Source of the DNA: Octopus vulgaris
Taxonomy: Eukaryota
Length of the DNA: 64,000 nucleotides
Direction of reading: 5' to 3'
NCBI GenBank assembly: GCA_951406725.2
Contig: OX597821.1
Span: 63,054,001-63,118,000 of the forward strand
Part shown: positions 12,481 to 28,125 of the stretch, piece after piece
Layout: each line of letters begins with the position of its first letter
Position numbering within the stretch: the stretch's first letter is position 1
Position numbers and translations under genes: made by a program
Notes under the pieces: generated by a model
What the model was told of the DNA's origin: nothing
Databases searched by the model: none
The model's input: the letters and a program-made list of their open reading frames with translations, nothing else

Positions 12481-13757
12481 TACAAATTCGTAAACGAATG
12501 AATATGAGATCAATTTCTCGTATGTAGAACACGATTTTATGTGAAAACTATTTTGATTCACTGCCAGGTAATGTATTGAGAAAGTGGTGATAAATACAAT
12601 AAAATCAATGTGCGAACTTTATGTCTAAATACGCTAAATAAACAGGGAAATAGACTTTTTGTTCCACAGATATATAAATTTGGTTACGCTTCTAGTCTTT
12701 AGTATCTTCTCCCTGTAAGGGAAATATTCGCGTGACCCCGCCCAATATCACTCTGACCTTTATTCCACTTCATATTCTCATTAAGTTATACTCACTCTCT
12801 TGTAAGATCAAATTTGTATTCAATTTTGTTCAGCGATATAATCAGGCCAAGTCATTCTTTTATACACTGTAGTTGATGCACGTTTTCCCTTCTAAGAAAA
12901 TTTAATAGAGTTATTCTATGCTACTCGTAATTTACACAGAGGTGATTTGCTTTTCATTCCGGCTTTGGAACAGCATCAATTAGAGGAACGGATGCACCTT
13001 TAACATAAATTAAGATGTTGGTTTCACAGCATCTTCCAGTAGATGACCATGGTTTTATTCAGTAATTTCTTCTAAGTTTTGATATTCAAAAATATATATC
13101 CCATCAGTAAGAGAGATTCAGAGACGGAGGGGGAAGAAACACAGAGGGATAAAAAGAAGGTTGTATGTGTGCGTATGTGCGTGCGTGTGTGTGTATGTGC
13201 ATATTTGCTTTTGATTGGAATTACTTACATATAACAATAATACTACATTTTTTTCAGGATATATGAGATTGTATTATTCAATTTTATTTAAACTGAGCAG
13301 TATCGCTATTTACTTTAAAATATTTTATATTGTCTTTTATAGTTACCATTTTATTCTGTATCATATTATATTACATTTTATTACATTTCTTTGTATTGTA
13401 AAATTTGTAATTTCTTCTGTTACATATGATAAACCTTGAGATGGTAACCAATTTGACATGATGTGAAAAACTAGAAATTTCGTGTTGCGACTAAGATCAT
13501 AATTTAAGCCGAGTTAGGCCAAATATTGACCAACAACGAACAATATTTTTCTTATTAATGGTGGACATTTCCACACATATGTTAAAAATATATTTGCAAT
13601 ATTTTGTATTATGAATGATTTAGGAAGATTTACTGCAATACTTATAGATATTATTTAAAAATTATTGCCATGCCCTTTTAGAATATTACTATTTTTATTT
13701 TCATTCGATATCAAATCTGTTTTCATTTCTTGCTAAACATATTCCCGACACCTAGAA

Positions 13758-14137
<380 letters not shown>

Positions 14138-14271
14138 TTAAATGCTGATGTAACCTTATTGTCTCTTAATAACAGTCTTTAGACAAATTACGCCAAACAA
14201 GAGAGTATTCTAAACTATTGTATTCTCCTCAAATGAATAACGTTTACTAAATGTGCTCTCTTTTACTTCAG

Positions 14272-14301
14272 TATCTACGAATGATCCACAAGCACGCCCA
14301 G
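14272..14301 (+). CDS. Candidate 30-nt microexon (phase 1-1)
   Basis: Branch-like TACTAA about 25 nt upstream, pyrimidine tract ctctcttttacttcag|, donor ccag|gttagt. Open in phase 1: xSTNDPQARP. No homology evidence. Confidence 0.3.
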
Positions 14302-14603
14302 GTTAGTCTAGTTCTAAATATGCCTAAGCTATGAGGTTGTCCACTGTCGTAGGTAGATCTATGTTTGCTTCACATGGTTGCTTCTATCGTCACTGCCGGT
14401 CCTGCCTGTAAATATCTTCTTTCAGATAATCCTCTGATTCTTGTTTATCTATTTCGCTCTCTCTTTCTTTCTCTCTTACTCTCTCTCTCTCATATCTATA
14501 TATATACAATTTTTTTTTTTGTCTTTATAGATGTGCAATTGTATGTCTTCGTTTATTTAAATTTATATTTTATACTCTCTCTTTCCCTATTTCTCGCTCG
14601 TTC

Positions 14604-14658
<55 letters not shown>

Positions 14659-15446
14659 CTATTTTAAATATATTTCTTTTCTGCATATGTATCTTTCTGT
14701 TTATCTTTTTCTTTCTATATATTTATATATTCAATATTTTCTCGGTGTTGTTTTCAATGTATTCTGTGACCATTTGTGTATGATTTATTTTTATTTGCAA
14801 TTTGTTCATAAACAAACGATTAAGTGATTATAACGAACAAAAAACAAAGGCGCCATGAATGTATTCCCTTAAAGAACACCAACAAAAAAGAAAACATTAT
14901 TTTTTGTCCAATCAAAACATAAGTTCCACACTCGTATTTTGCTGTAACCAACGTACGTTTTAATGACTCACTATTTGAATATAAGATTTGGATGTATCTG
15001 TTTTCGTTTTGTTGATATATGCATCCATGTAATCCTAAACCAACAGAAAATTAGAAAAATATGAAAACAAAAGTGAAAAACAATTTCATCAGTTTGACTG
15101 AAGCATCAACTAAATTGAAACCGTGTGCGCACACCTACAAAGCCACACGTACGCGCACGCAAAATGCACACATTCACATATATATTTTTAGTGTACTATT
15201 CTAGTATTTCACTACTTATATATAAACGGCATACAACCAAAGAAACACAATTACATATGTGTATGTAAAAGCTGTCCGGGATGCACAAGAACCATGAGTA
15301 CATTTGCTGAGTTAATATTAGTTTCATATTTTGGCACAAAGCCATCAATTTTGAGCGAGGGTGTAAGTCGATTATATGGCCCCAGTCTTCAGCTGGAACT
15401 TATTTTATTGATTCTGAATGACGAAATGAAAAAATTGATCTCGACG

Positions 15447-15505
<59 letters not shown>

Positions 15506-15512
15506 TATATAG

Positions 15513-16000
<488 letters not shown>

Positions 16001-16567
16001 ATGGAATGATAAAAACATCGATTTCGCAATAAACTACGATGTTTTACAGCTGTTTCTGCTAGTAGAAGCAGTGCATTCCGAAAATAATTTATTATACACT
16101 GAAATTATTATTACATGATGGAGGCTGTGCAACGAATGTCATCATAAAGATATTAATTGGTTAAATGACTATATTCACCTCTCAAACTTCTTCAATTTAT
16201 GATCTATATATCCTTCGTGAAATAATTTCATAGTTTGAATCCACTGGATTTTAGCTGCATAGTTATCTACATTTTAATCCTCCGTATTGGATTACTACGA
16301 TGTATGGTAGCAGAGTCTCTTAGAAGAGGTTTTTCTTATTGCCACAGCATTCTATGTATCCATAACTTGCACCACAAGCATTTATTAATTTTTGTAAATC
16401 TGTTCCTGTGTTTTTATGCAAGATTATTCATAGACATATGCATAAATAATAATAGTGCTTAAAACTAAGATAGGGGGTAGATAGATAAATTGACAGATAT
16501 ATCGGGTGAGAGAGTGAGAAAGAGAGAGAGTCAGATAGAGACAGAAAGACAGACATGGAGACAAAAC

Positions 16568-16599
<32 letters not shown>

Positions 16600-17024
16600 T
16601 GTGTGTGTGTGTGTGTGTGTGACAGACAGACATATAGAGAGTCAGACAGGAAGAATGTTTGAAATGTAATTATCTGGAGTGTTGTCAATAATTTTAGCAT
16701 GACAGATATCGTGGAATGAGAGAATATATACTAAATAATCAATTGATATAAGATATAAATTTACCATCTCATATTTGCATTTTCTCAAGATTTATGATTA
16801 TAGATATCTGATTCTCTACAGTGTCTGAGATTGTCATATTCACTAAATGAAAGCTGTCAACTACTTGTATAATTTAATGAGAAAATACTGAAATATATAA
16901 TAAAATAGCATTTGCCGTGTATATATGTATACTCTAGAGTATATATTTACACGCACCTATTATACATTAGCGTCTGTACGAGTTTGTGTGCGTGTTTGTG
17001 CGTGTGATTGAGTGAGTGTGTGGG

Positions 17025-17062
<38 letters not shown>

Positions 17063-17881
17063 ATAGTATAAAAAGGATGTATAAGTAGTTTTAAGGCATC
17101 AAACCAATTACGGCATTTTTATGCAGGAGAGAGCACAAGAATAAATAAATTTAGCAAATAACCAACAAAAGCTGGAGAGCGAATGTTCATAATGATTCTT
17201 CATAGACAGCGGCTACTTGATGCATGTGTGTGTGTGTGTGTGTATGTGTGTGTGTGAGTGTGTGGATATTTATCGGTCATATTTTATTTGTGGAAGTCGT
17301 TGAACCGCTAGATTTCACATATGTAATAACGTCGATGCCAAGTGTTCATGGGGGAAAAACATAGCACAAATGCGACCACTCATACACACACACGTACACT
17401 CACACACAAACACACACATCACACACATGCACAAAATACGAAAAATCACACACACACACACGCACACACACACACCCACACGCGTACACACACGCACACA
17501 CACACACACGCACACACACACACATGTATATATATATATGACAGTTGTTTCAATAAATAAAACGTATATATTTTCAATATATAGTTTCAATAAATAAAAC
17601 GTATATATTTAGTATTTACGTTTTATCTATTATTTTGCACATTACTTAATCATCGGTATATTATTGTTATTTTATAGTTAATATTTCTATTATATGTCAT
17701 TTTCTAGATGTTGTAATTTAATTGTTCCTTTTGAAATGATAAAATATACGTTTTTTTCTAATTTTTATATATATATATATATTATATTTTGTAAAATTTG
17801 ACTTAGTATTTCTAAATTGAATTTTTCCCTGTAAGTTAGAAATAATATTCCCTCAAATTATTATTATTTTATATATACATA

Positions 17882-17931
<50 letters not shown>

Positions 17932-18240
17932 TATTATATTATATTATATTATATTAGGGGGAAAATGAAAACCAAGGCTGAATCTCAAGTCATTTAGTAT
18001 AATTTAATTGGTGTAAGGTTACTTTCAAGACTTACATCTGTTTCTGTGATAAGCCAAGTGGTTGATTAACATGTCCACGGAATACCCAGTGCACGGACAT
18101 GCACAGACATGCTAACCAACCATTTGGATAGACCCAGAAACAGCAGTAAGATTTCAAATTAGCCATATATATGTAAATATATATACATGTATGTACGTAT
18201 GTGTATATGTATATATATATATATATATATACATGCATAG

Positions 18241-18296
<56 letters not shown>

Positions 18297-18299
<3 letters not shown>

Positions 18300-18460
18300 A
18301 CAAAATGGGACAACAACGCAAAACACACCATCAGCCAGGTGATACAAAAAGGGACAACAAAACATTCACATAGACAATACAAAGAAAACAAGGACAGGTC
18401 ATTCGAAGTTTTCTTTCCTCAGTCAAGCATCAGATTATCCTCGCAATTTCAGCTGATTAA
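18297..18460. repeat. Interspersed repeat fragment shared with 61030-61185
   Basis: ggtgatacaaaaa..gacaacaaaacat..ggtcattcgaagttttctttcctcagtcaa..cgcaatttcagctgatt occurs at both sites, each abutting (TA)n. Confidence 0.75.
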
Positions 18461-19131
18461 TATAGTATAAAAATACGATTACGATATATTGATATATTAA
18501 GATATATTAAATACATTATAGTATAAGTGGCTCGCTAGCAATTAAAAACCATAAAGGAACTAATAAATAAACTGTGCACAATAGCACGATTGCTAAAAAC
18601 AAGAGTCAAAATTAACTCTAAATCCGCAAAAACACTGTGATTTGTTGTGGCTTTTAGACTCATATATTTAGACATCGCTGGTTTATATATTAAAGCGCAG
18701 TTGTCGCTCTGTGGTGAGAAGCTCGCATGTCAACCACGCACACACACACATATATATGTACCACGTAAAATCTATCTGCCAACTGAATGTGGCACTCCTG
18801 CATAGGACCATCTTACTACAGTTTAACCGTAGTAAAACATATTTTCCATCTGGTTATCGTCACATGATCTGCGTATGAAATATACTGTGCGCAGGGAATC
18901 ATACTACTCCTTCCTAGCCACTAGCATTACCAGCAACCGCCGGTTGGAGACAGCAGCTTATTCGATCCTACTCACAGAATAGAAATAGAGAAGTGACAAA
19001 CATCACTGATCTTGTATTAAATAAAACAGTTTAAATATATATATATATGTGTGTATATATATATATTTATATGTGTATATGTGTGTGTGTATGTATGCAT
19101 ATATATACATATATACACATATGTACACACG

Positions 19132-19185
<54 letters not shown>

Positions 19186-20576
19186 TGTGTGTGGGTATAT
19201 ATATATAAAGGCTCGCTGTGGATGTAACGCACTACCGTCAGAAAATGTATCTCTCCAGCGTCGACTGCGGAGGGAGTTGAGAACGGGCATTTCTGACGAG
19301 ATTGCGCAATACATATATATATATATATATATTAAATATAGTGGCTAGCGATTTTCTTCACTATTTGAGGGACCCTGCCTGACACGAGTCCCAGGCTCAG
19401 CTGGTTCCGGTTGACAGTACCCGATATGTGACCCTAGTCAGGGTTACTGAAAGGAGACAAACTTCAAAGAAATCTGGAGAGGAGCCCAGTAGGCGGTTTA
19501 GTGTTCGACTCGACATTCTTCCGGCAGCTCCTGCAACCAAGCTGGTGCCAAACGTAATGCTCTGCACTCCTTTGGACTACTTCAGGAAGGTCGAGAGAGG
19601 AATCATGACAATTTGGGCTACCCAGGATCTTCTTACATCTAGCCCAGGAGTACGCAAAACTGGAGAGGACATGAAATGTAAAAACCAGACTGGATTATTT
19701 TATGCGCAACTTCATTGTCTCCCGAGACAAACGGACGTCAACAAAAACAAGTAAATCCAAAGAAGAAGAACAAACACAAAAACATCAACGCGAGGGCGTG
19801 ATACGTGCAAAGAATTAGCAGACGCTCAGGGAAAGAAAGAAATGTGGTTTTACGTTACGGGCAACGCTCTTCTCAGAAACAGAGTAAAGTCCAATAGAAA
19901 GGAAGACGGAGGAAGAAAATCGCCAACGATTCACATGTGTGTGTGTGTGTGTGTCTGCGTTTGTGTATGCGTGAGTGTATGCGTGTGCGTGTCTTTGAGT
20001 CTTTGTGTCTGTGTGTGTGCCTTGGTGTCTGTGTTTGTCCCCCACCACCGCTTGACAACCAGTGTTGGGATGTTTACGTCACTGTAACGTAGCAGTTCGG
20101 CAAAAGAGAATAATTGCATAAGTAGGCTTTCAAAAACCGCTTAGGGGTCGATTTGTTTCACTAAAATCCCAGCATGGTAGGCAGTCAAGCCAGTAAAATA
20201 TAGATTACAAAGGTACACACATACAAACACACACATATGCACATACACAGACACACTCACACACACATATATGTATGTATTTATGTAAATACACTGACAT
20301 AAATAATTGTGAGTATGAGACGGCCATGTCTGCGTAGACGCGGTGAATGTAACAACGTTTCATCAGTACCCTCGCTTCTCTTATAGTGTAAGCTTATACA
20401 TACAATTTATTTGAAAGTTAATGGACATCAACATTAAAGCGGAGGTGTTTGATGCATTTTCAAACTGTCAGATTATAAATTCGTCGTCTCTCAAGACTTC
20501 AACTAAATCATACTTTACCTTCGCCATAATTTCACATTCCAAGTAGTGTTATATCATTACTTCAGATTTTCAGTTG

Positions 20577-20616
<40 letters not shown>

Positions 20617-20964
20617 TCCTCTCATTCTCGCCATTTCTCCCATAGCAACACACTTGCCACCCACACACTCACATGTACTACCGTTCGAATAACTTGGCAC
20701 TCTTTAATACACAAACATCATTTTCACTACCCTTATAATACAAACACACCAACAAACATACGAAGCATTTATATATACATATATAGAGAGTGAGGGGGAG
20801 GGAGTGAAAGAGAGAGAGAGAGAGGGAGGGAGAGAAAGAGAGAGATACTTACGTACATACATACATGTATATATGCATACGAATATACATATAATGTTTT
20901 GTATGTTTGCGTATGTGCATATATGTTTGCGTATTTGCGTATTTGCGTATATTTATATATATAT

Positions 20965-21109
20965 GCTCAGGCGTAACTGTGTGGGAAGAATCTTGCTTTT
21001 CAACCACATGGCACTGCGTGAAATCTTGGGCAAGTGACTTCTATCAAAGCTTTGTGAGTAGATTTGGTAGACGGAAACTGAAGGAAACCCGTGCTACGTA
21101 TGTATGTGC

Positions 21110-21162
<53 letters not shown>

Positions 21163-21376
21163 GTGTGTATGTATGTATGTATATTTGCGTGTGTATGTTT
21201 TGTGTTGGCCCCGACTACCATCACTTCACAACTGATGTCGGTGTGTTTATGTCCGCGAAACTTAACTGTTCCCCAAAAGAGACCGATAGGATACGTACCA
21301 GGCTTACAAAGAATATGTCCTGGGGTCGATTTCTTCTATGAAAGACGGCGTTCCAGCATGGCCACAGTCAAATAAC
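20965..21376 (+). mobile_element. SINE family C copy
   Basis: Same head, body, internal microsatellite and tail as 12027-12480. Partial copies also at ~20020-20200, ~30270-30565, ~40760-40875, ~41580-41785, ~45560-45690 and ~51555-51605. Confidence 0.8.
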
Positions 21377-22308
21377 TGGCTGGGACGGAAGAGGTTCTGG
21401 CAGCGCATGGAAACATGACTTTACGGTTTGAAGGCAGCGTGCAAAAAGGAAGGGGTTAGCAGTGACACAAGTGAGGAGGAGTGAGAGAGAGATAGATAGA
21501 GGAAGACACGCGGCTAAGAGAGAGATGAGTAAGAGGGAGAGAGAGTGGGGAAGGTAAAGCAAGGGGAGAGAATTTCACGTCATAATTATATTATACTACA
21601 ATACTAGGAGGATAAGAAACGGAACGAAGCGACGAATCGAACGAACCCGACGCGAAGCGCTGTCAGAAAATAGTGTAATAAATAAAATATATGAATACAT
21701 ACAAACATATATGTACGTATCTACATCTACATGTATATATACATGCATATATAAATATATATACGTAAGTACAGGAAACCACAAATAGACGTAGAACTCA
21801 ACAGAAACAGAAACAGAAATATATATATATATACAGACACATACACGACGGTCAGACGGAAAGTTACTGTGTATCAAATTACTGTAGAAGGCTCGGGTCA
21901 GCCAAAGGCTACAGAAAAACACACAGAGCAAGTCGTATATATCAAACCGCTTAACTCCGGGTTTATTCCAACCCGCATTACACTCTGGGCGAGTGTCTTA
22001 TATTGTAGCCTCGGGCCTACCAAATCTTTGTATGAGCGGATTTTCTGCGAAATTGACAGTAATTTAATGCGTCCATTTTACTCCAACCTTACGTTCCTTT
22101 CATTCCTTTATTCAGAATTCTGAACAATAGTTGTTCTTTTTTACTCCGTATATTTCCTCTCTATGTCATTGTTTGCATATTTACGCTTTTTTAATTAATC
22201 ATGATTATTCTTGCCTCATCTTTTCCTATATTACTCATTATATTTTAATTCACTTGAGTTTTTGTAAGTTATATTTGTATAGAACTATTATGTACGTATA
22301 CACAAGCA

Positions 22309-22362
<54 letters not shown>

Positions 22363-22430
22363 TATACAACACAACACACACATACACAGGCCCACGCACA
22401 TATGTTTATATATATATATATATGTCTGTG

Positions 22431-22465
22431 ATATACACAAACACAGACGCACACACACGTCTATG

Positions 22466-22537
<72 letters not shown>

Positions 22538-22707
22538 TACATACATGCATTCACTAGAACAAATAACGACCAACTTGAAAAAGAACATATTGCCATATCG
22601 ATCACTTACTCAAATGAATAATATATGTACATGTGTAGATATATGTGTGTTTAATAAATATGTGTGTATATATGCGTTTATGACCGTGCATATACATATA
22701 TATATAT

Positions 22708-22771
<64 letters not shown>

Positions 22772-22874
22772 GTATATATAAATATACAAACGCACACGTG
22801 TATATGCATATACTTACATATACATACACATATACACGTATATACACAAACACAGACGCACACACACGTCTATG

Positions 22875-22918
<44 letters not shown>

Positions 22919-23095
22919 CATATATACATACATGCATTCACTAGAACAAATAACGACCAACTTGAAAAAGAACATATTGCCATATCGATGACTTACTCAA
23001 ATGAATAATATATGTACATGTGTAGACATATGTGTGTTTAATAAATATGTGTGTATATATGCGTTTATGACCGTGCATATACATATATATATATA
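22431..23095. repeat. Recent local tandem duplication (~270 bp, period ~410 bp)
   Basis: catgcattcactagaacaaataacgaccaacttgaaaaagaacatattgccatatcgat..gaccgtgcatatac appears twice, nearly identical, bounded by (TA)n. Confidence 0.9.
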
Positions 23096-23102
23096 TGTGT
23101 GA

Positions 23103-23144
<42 letters not shown>

Positions 23145-24380
23145 GCACACACAGACACACACACACACACACAGATGGCATATTGAGACACAAAAACATA
23201 CGCCTGAAAACACATGCGCACACGTATATGTTGATATTTAATGCTTATTTTTCTTATTAGTACAGCACTCTACTTCTCTACCCGACATATCAGCACTCTC
23301 CGAGAAATATATATTTTACTGACACGTGTAGTTCAAAAACATTGATAATCATTACTTGTCACTAGACATTACGAATGACAAGAATGATGAGCGCAAAATG
23401 TTGAACATGTCAGTTTTAGCTTCGCAGATACCTATAATATCAATACATTTTACAAGATTATATAATGTATGTAAGCCGAAATCTAGACACATGTAATCAT
23501 AATCATCTTCTTACTGTAAACAAATCATTACCACCATAAATGTACGTAATTTCAGCGGCAGAATCATAATAGCAACATTCTATCCATATACACATCTTGA
23601 TATCAGTTCATACTATTCTCAGAACAGTAAATCTGTAACAAATTTATTCAAATAGCCATCGTTTCCGTTGGGACTGCTTTTATTCCATTAAACTTCTTCA
23701 TCAGTGAATGATTAAGAAGGCTTTGAAAAATTCCACATTGCTCATTAATTTTATCTCCCTACTATCGTCAACTAATTAATACCTTCAGTATTTCGTTTCT
23801 ACTCGTGAGTTATAAGAATCACACTTTTGTAAGATTAAGCAATGGAAATCCAATTCGTACTCTACGCTGTTAATCTTGAGTTACATTCTATTTATGCAAT
23901 CAAGATGTTATCATAACATTCCCCTTTTCCTTTACTTTGCCTTTGAAAATCCCGTAAAAGTGTCTTATATATGTGACTCAATTCACACAACATATGTTGG
24001 ATACATTTATTTCCATTTATACGTATACGCACATTACGTACCTACCCACACATATATCTTGATATTAACACAAGTATAATGTGGAAAGTGTATGTCTATG
24101 TATGTCTATGTATATATATATATATATATATATGAAGATTAAGATATAAAGTCAAATTGGGCAATCACACTCATACAGTTATAAATTCTGCTTAAAATGT
24201 GTATACATATATAATTACATATATTATAACTGTATGAGTATATTATTATATACATTGTAACTGTATGAATATGATTGCCTAAATTGAGTTTATATCTTAA
24301 TTTTTATCTTCTGTCCCGGGCTCGGGTTCGGTTCGAGCACTTCTTAAGCAGTTGTATATTTTCCGATAGAAAGAACAATG

Positions 24381-24449
<69 letters not shown>

Positions 24450-24494
24450 TAAATATATATATATATATGTATGTATGTATATATATATATATAT

Positions 24495-24928
24495 ATTAAC
24501 AGTTATTACCAAGCTAATATGGCATTCCATAAATATAAGACTAAAGCTGCTGTTGATTAGCTCCAAGAGGCCATCGCCTCTTGCTCGCTATATGACATAC
24601 GAAACTGTGTCCATGATAACCTTCGAACAGGGGATGTCAGCCGCTTCCCCTTGCTGGCCAGGCACCTGCAGACATGTTTCAGGGCATTTGCCCTTTATCG
24701 AGGCAGAGTAGCCAAACCCACCCGGCGTCGCTGCTGACCGTCTGTTCGAAGGATTATTTACCTAATTTCAGTGGAATACATCCACTGGTTTTCAAAAATA
24801 TAAATATTATTATTTCTAAGTCTCTCTAAAGGATACTACGGCAGTGGTACTGGATATTAACAGTTATCGCCATGCCAATATGGCAGTCCATAAATATAAA
24901 ACTAAAGCCGTCGTTTATTAGCTCTAAG
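24495..24928. mobile_element. Element with ~75-bp direct terminal repeats (period 361 bp) and a decayed hammerhead
   Basis: attaacagttat..aatatggca.tccataaatataa.actaaagc..ttagctc at 24495 and 24856. The reverse complement of 24666-24706 reads ctgcc-TCGATAA-agggca-aa-tgccct-GAAA-c-at-GTC-tgcag. Confidence 0.6.
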
Positions 24929-26032
24929 CGTGAAACCACCGGTGACCAGGTGTTATCACATTCTTTTAGTGTGTCCTTTAACGACAGTTTCCAAATCACA
25001 CCAACAAATTTAAATTGAGTACTTTAAAGGGTTCCAAGAACCAAATCCTTTTTAGTGCCTAGTGGAATCCTTTTGAAAAATTAGCAACTCGTTGAATGAC
25101 AAATAAACAATTGTAAACAAAATATTATTTAAGTTCAGTTTCTACTTTACATATAAGTTTTAATAATGACTGAGCGGTTACAGATTAAGTATTCTTGTCT
25201 AAAGTTAACTGTGATGGATGAAACAGTGTAAAAGTATTTCTTGAAAATTTATAAAGACTGCGGTTCACCATCGCATCGGTTATGATATCGAAAAATATTT
25301 TAAGAAGAGAAAAAAACGTAAGGTCTGATGAAATTACTTTTCAGAAGTTTGTTGTAATAGAAATATTATGTCTATTATAGTGATAATGAAGAAAATGGGT
25401 AGGCGAAAACATAAACACAGTAGAATAAATTGTTTACTATTAAAGAAAGTTCTGCTATTATTGTCGGATGAGTTACAAACCTCCGGTACTAAAAGTGGAA
25501 TTCTGGGACGTTAATTTTCATTTATCCCTGTCTTAGCAATATAACCGTTTCGTTGATAAAATATCTATGGCGAATATTATCAGCAATTTAATTGGCAATT
25601 ATTAAAAAGGGCACAATGCGTGAAAGGAATGATGCAGACATTAGCTCGAAGGCGGTAATACGAAAACTATGGATTTCATTAGGAGAACCTAAGGCTGAAA
25701 ACAAAATTCGCATCTCTGATGTCATTTTAAAAAATAAACCAAACACTTATGACTTATAGACATATTAGCATATACTTGCACATAGGAACTCTCCGATCCA
25801 GATGCTTATGTAGGCATGCCCATGTACACATACATACACAAACTTTAATTCACATTTACATAGAGTGGGGTGTTATAAGTCTACTTTGTATCAACATATC
25901 GGCTACAAAACACTACGTACACTCATGCATACGTACACATTCACAAACCTACACACGCACACACACACACACTCACACACACACACACACACAGACAGAC
26001 ACACACACACAAACACACACACACACACACAT

Positions 26033-26065
<33 letters not shown>

Positions 26066-27578
26066 AAAGCAACTAATGTGAGAGACAGAAGATGGCAGAT
26101 ACGAGACTCTTTATGAACACTACGATTGTTTCGACCCATCTAGCATCGGTCTCTCACGAGTGGGATACCAGACAACTAATTTAGGTGTATCCTTCAGTGT
26201 AGGTGTGTCTCTTCATGCGATTTCAAGACGTATCTCCTAAACATAAATTCTGTTTCGCACAATTGATAGCATATATATATATATGGCTATATACATACAT
26301 ACATGTGTGTATGTGTGGAAAGTATGTATGAGGGAAAGTATGAGTGAGAGAGAGAGTGTGTGTGAATGACTAACATTGTTGTGGATCACGGCAGGTTTAA
26401 GCGCATCTATGAATCTGCTTGAATTGACTTGAAATTAACAAATATAATCTCGACAACCCATATAGAGGCAGCAAATCCTTTTTTCGTCATATTTTACGAA
26501 TACTCTCCGAACCAAATATAAAAAATATTCTGTAAATTCAACATAAATCATAGCTTTAATGATAATTTTCTCTTAATATTAGAAGTGATTATCTGCTATT
26601 GTAGACGGTGCAGAACTCATGAATATCTTGTAAACATTTGCCAAATATTGAAACAAGAACTAGATAGAAACTGTAAATTTCTATTCCCACAGTAAATGAT
26701 ATCAAAGAGAATTTATTTACCATAATTTCAGATGAACGTAATGCTTATATTTTCTGAGTGTTGACTCTTTGATTAGTGACAATAATTACGCCACAATTTA
26801 CCTAATGAAAATTGTTATATTAGACATGCTGTTCAGAATGTAAATTGCATTAAGTGTGCGCCATAATGATGCTTTTACCCTGTAAGAGAAGTTTTTGTGG
26901 TCACACGTTTATATCTTATTTATTTGCTCACTGAAGAAGTGTACTAACATGCTTTTCCATTAATTCCTACAGTAAGAATAACCTATATTCGCCTTTCCAA
27001 TAATCACAAATTAACAACATTTCATTTTACTATGCTTAAATATATGACATATTTTTACAGCAGAGTGCACATGGTAGATATTGTATTAACTTAATATGAA
27101 GAGCAGAAGCCGTTTTTGCCTGCAAACGATAGTATAAAGTAACAGAGTGAATTTCCTCAATGAACTTGTAAATAAACGGAGATATTTTCCATTATGGATA
27201 TTAACGTAGGTGATAGAAGAGTTTAGATCACAGAGAAATTGGAATTATAAAAATTTGATTTAAAGTAATAAGAAACTTATACCAGATATTGAAAAAGACG
27301 AAAAGCTCCACTTAAAAACGAAGACAGACATGTTAAAAGAATTTAATTAAATCGAATGAGGAAAAAAATGTGTGAAAACTAAAGTGAAATAAACTATATA
27401 TTTTCTATACTGCACTAGTTCTGAATTTGTGTGAAAAATATTACGATTAAAAGTTACCGATGTTTATTAAAGAGAAACTGTAAATAAATATTATTTCTCG
27501 AAGATTTAAACATCATGTCATAATTGCTTAAGAGCGGGTCTACTAATTTCATATGCAACTTAAAGGTAATAAATGCAT

Positions 27579-27969
27579 GGTGGTGGAAGCACTCCGTCGG
27601 TTACGACAACGAGGGTTCCGGTTGATCCGAATCAACGGAACAGCCTGCTCGTGAAATTAACGTGTAAGTGGCTGAGCACTCCACAGACACGCGTACCCTT
27701 AACGTAGTTCTTGGGGATATTCAGCGTGACACAGAGAGTGACAAGGCCGGCCCTTTGAAATACAGGTACAACAGAAACAGGCAGTAAGAGTGAGAGAAAG
27801 TTGTGGTGAAAGAGTACAGCAGGGATCACCACCATCCCCTGCCGGAGCCTCGTGGAGCTTTAGGTGTTTTCGCTCAATAAACACTCACAACGCCCGGTCT
27901 GGGAATCGAAACCGCAATCCTATGACCGCGAGTCCGCTGCCCTAACCACTGGGCCATTGCGCCTCCACC
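27579..27969 (-). mobile_element. SINE family A, young full-length copy with TSD
   Basis: tRNA-derived head on the minus strand (tggcccagtggttaggg..ggtttcgattccc); TSD aataaatgcat at 27568-27578 and 27970-27980. Confidence 0.92.
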
Positions 27970-28023
27970 AATAAATGCATACGCATATATACACATGCAT
28001 TCTTACACACACTCACACACGTG

Positions 28024-28056
<33 letters not shown>

Positions 28057-28125
28057 ATACACACACAAGCGCCAACACGTGGATACATACATACATACAT
28101 ATACACACATAAACACGTATATATA

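Noticed and set aside
19345-19690. GC-richer stretch containing ORF 19428-19754
   Set aside because: No recognisable protein motif; probably an unclassified repeat, possibly a LINE 5' region, which I cannot support further.
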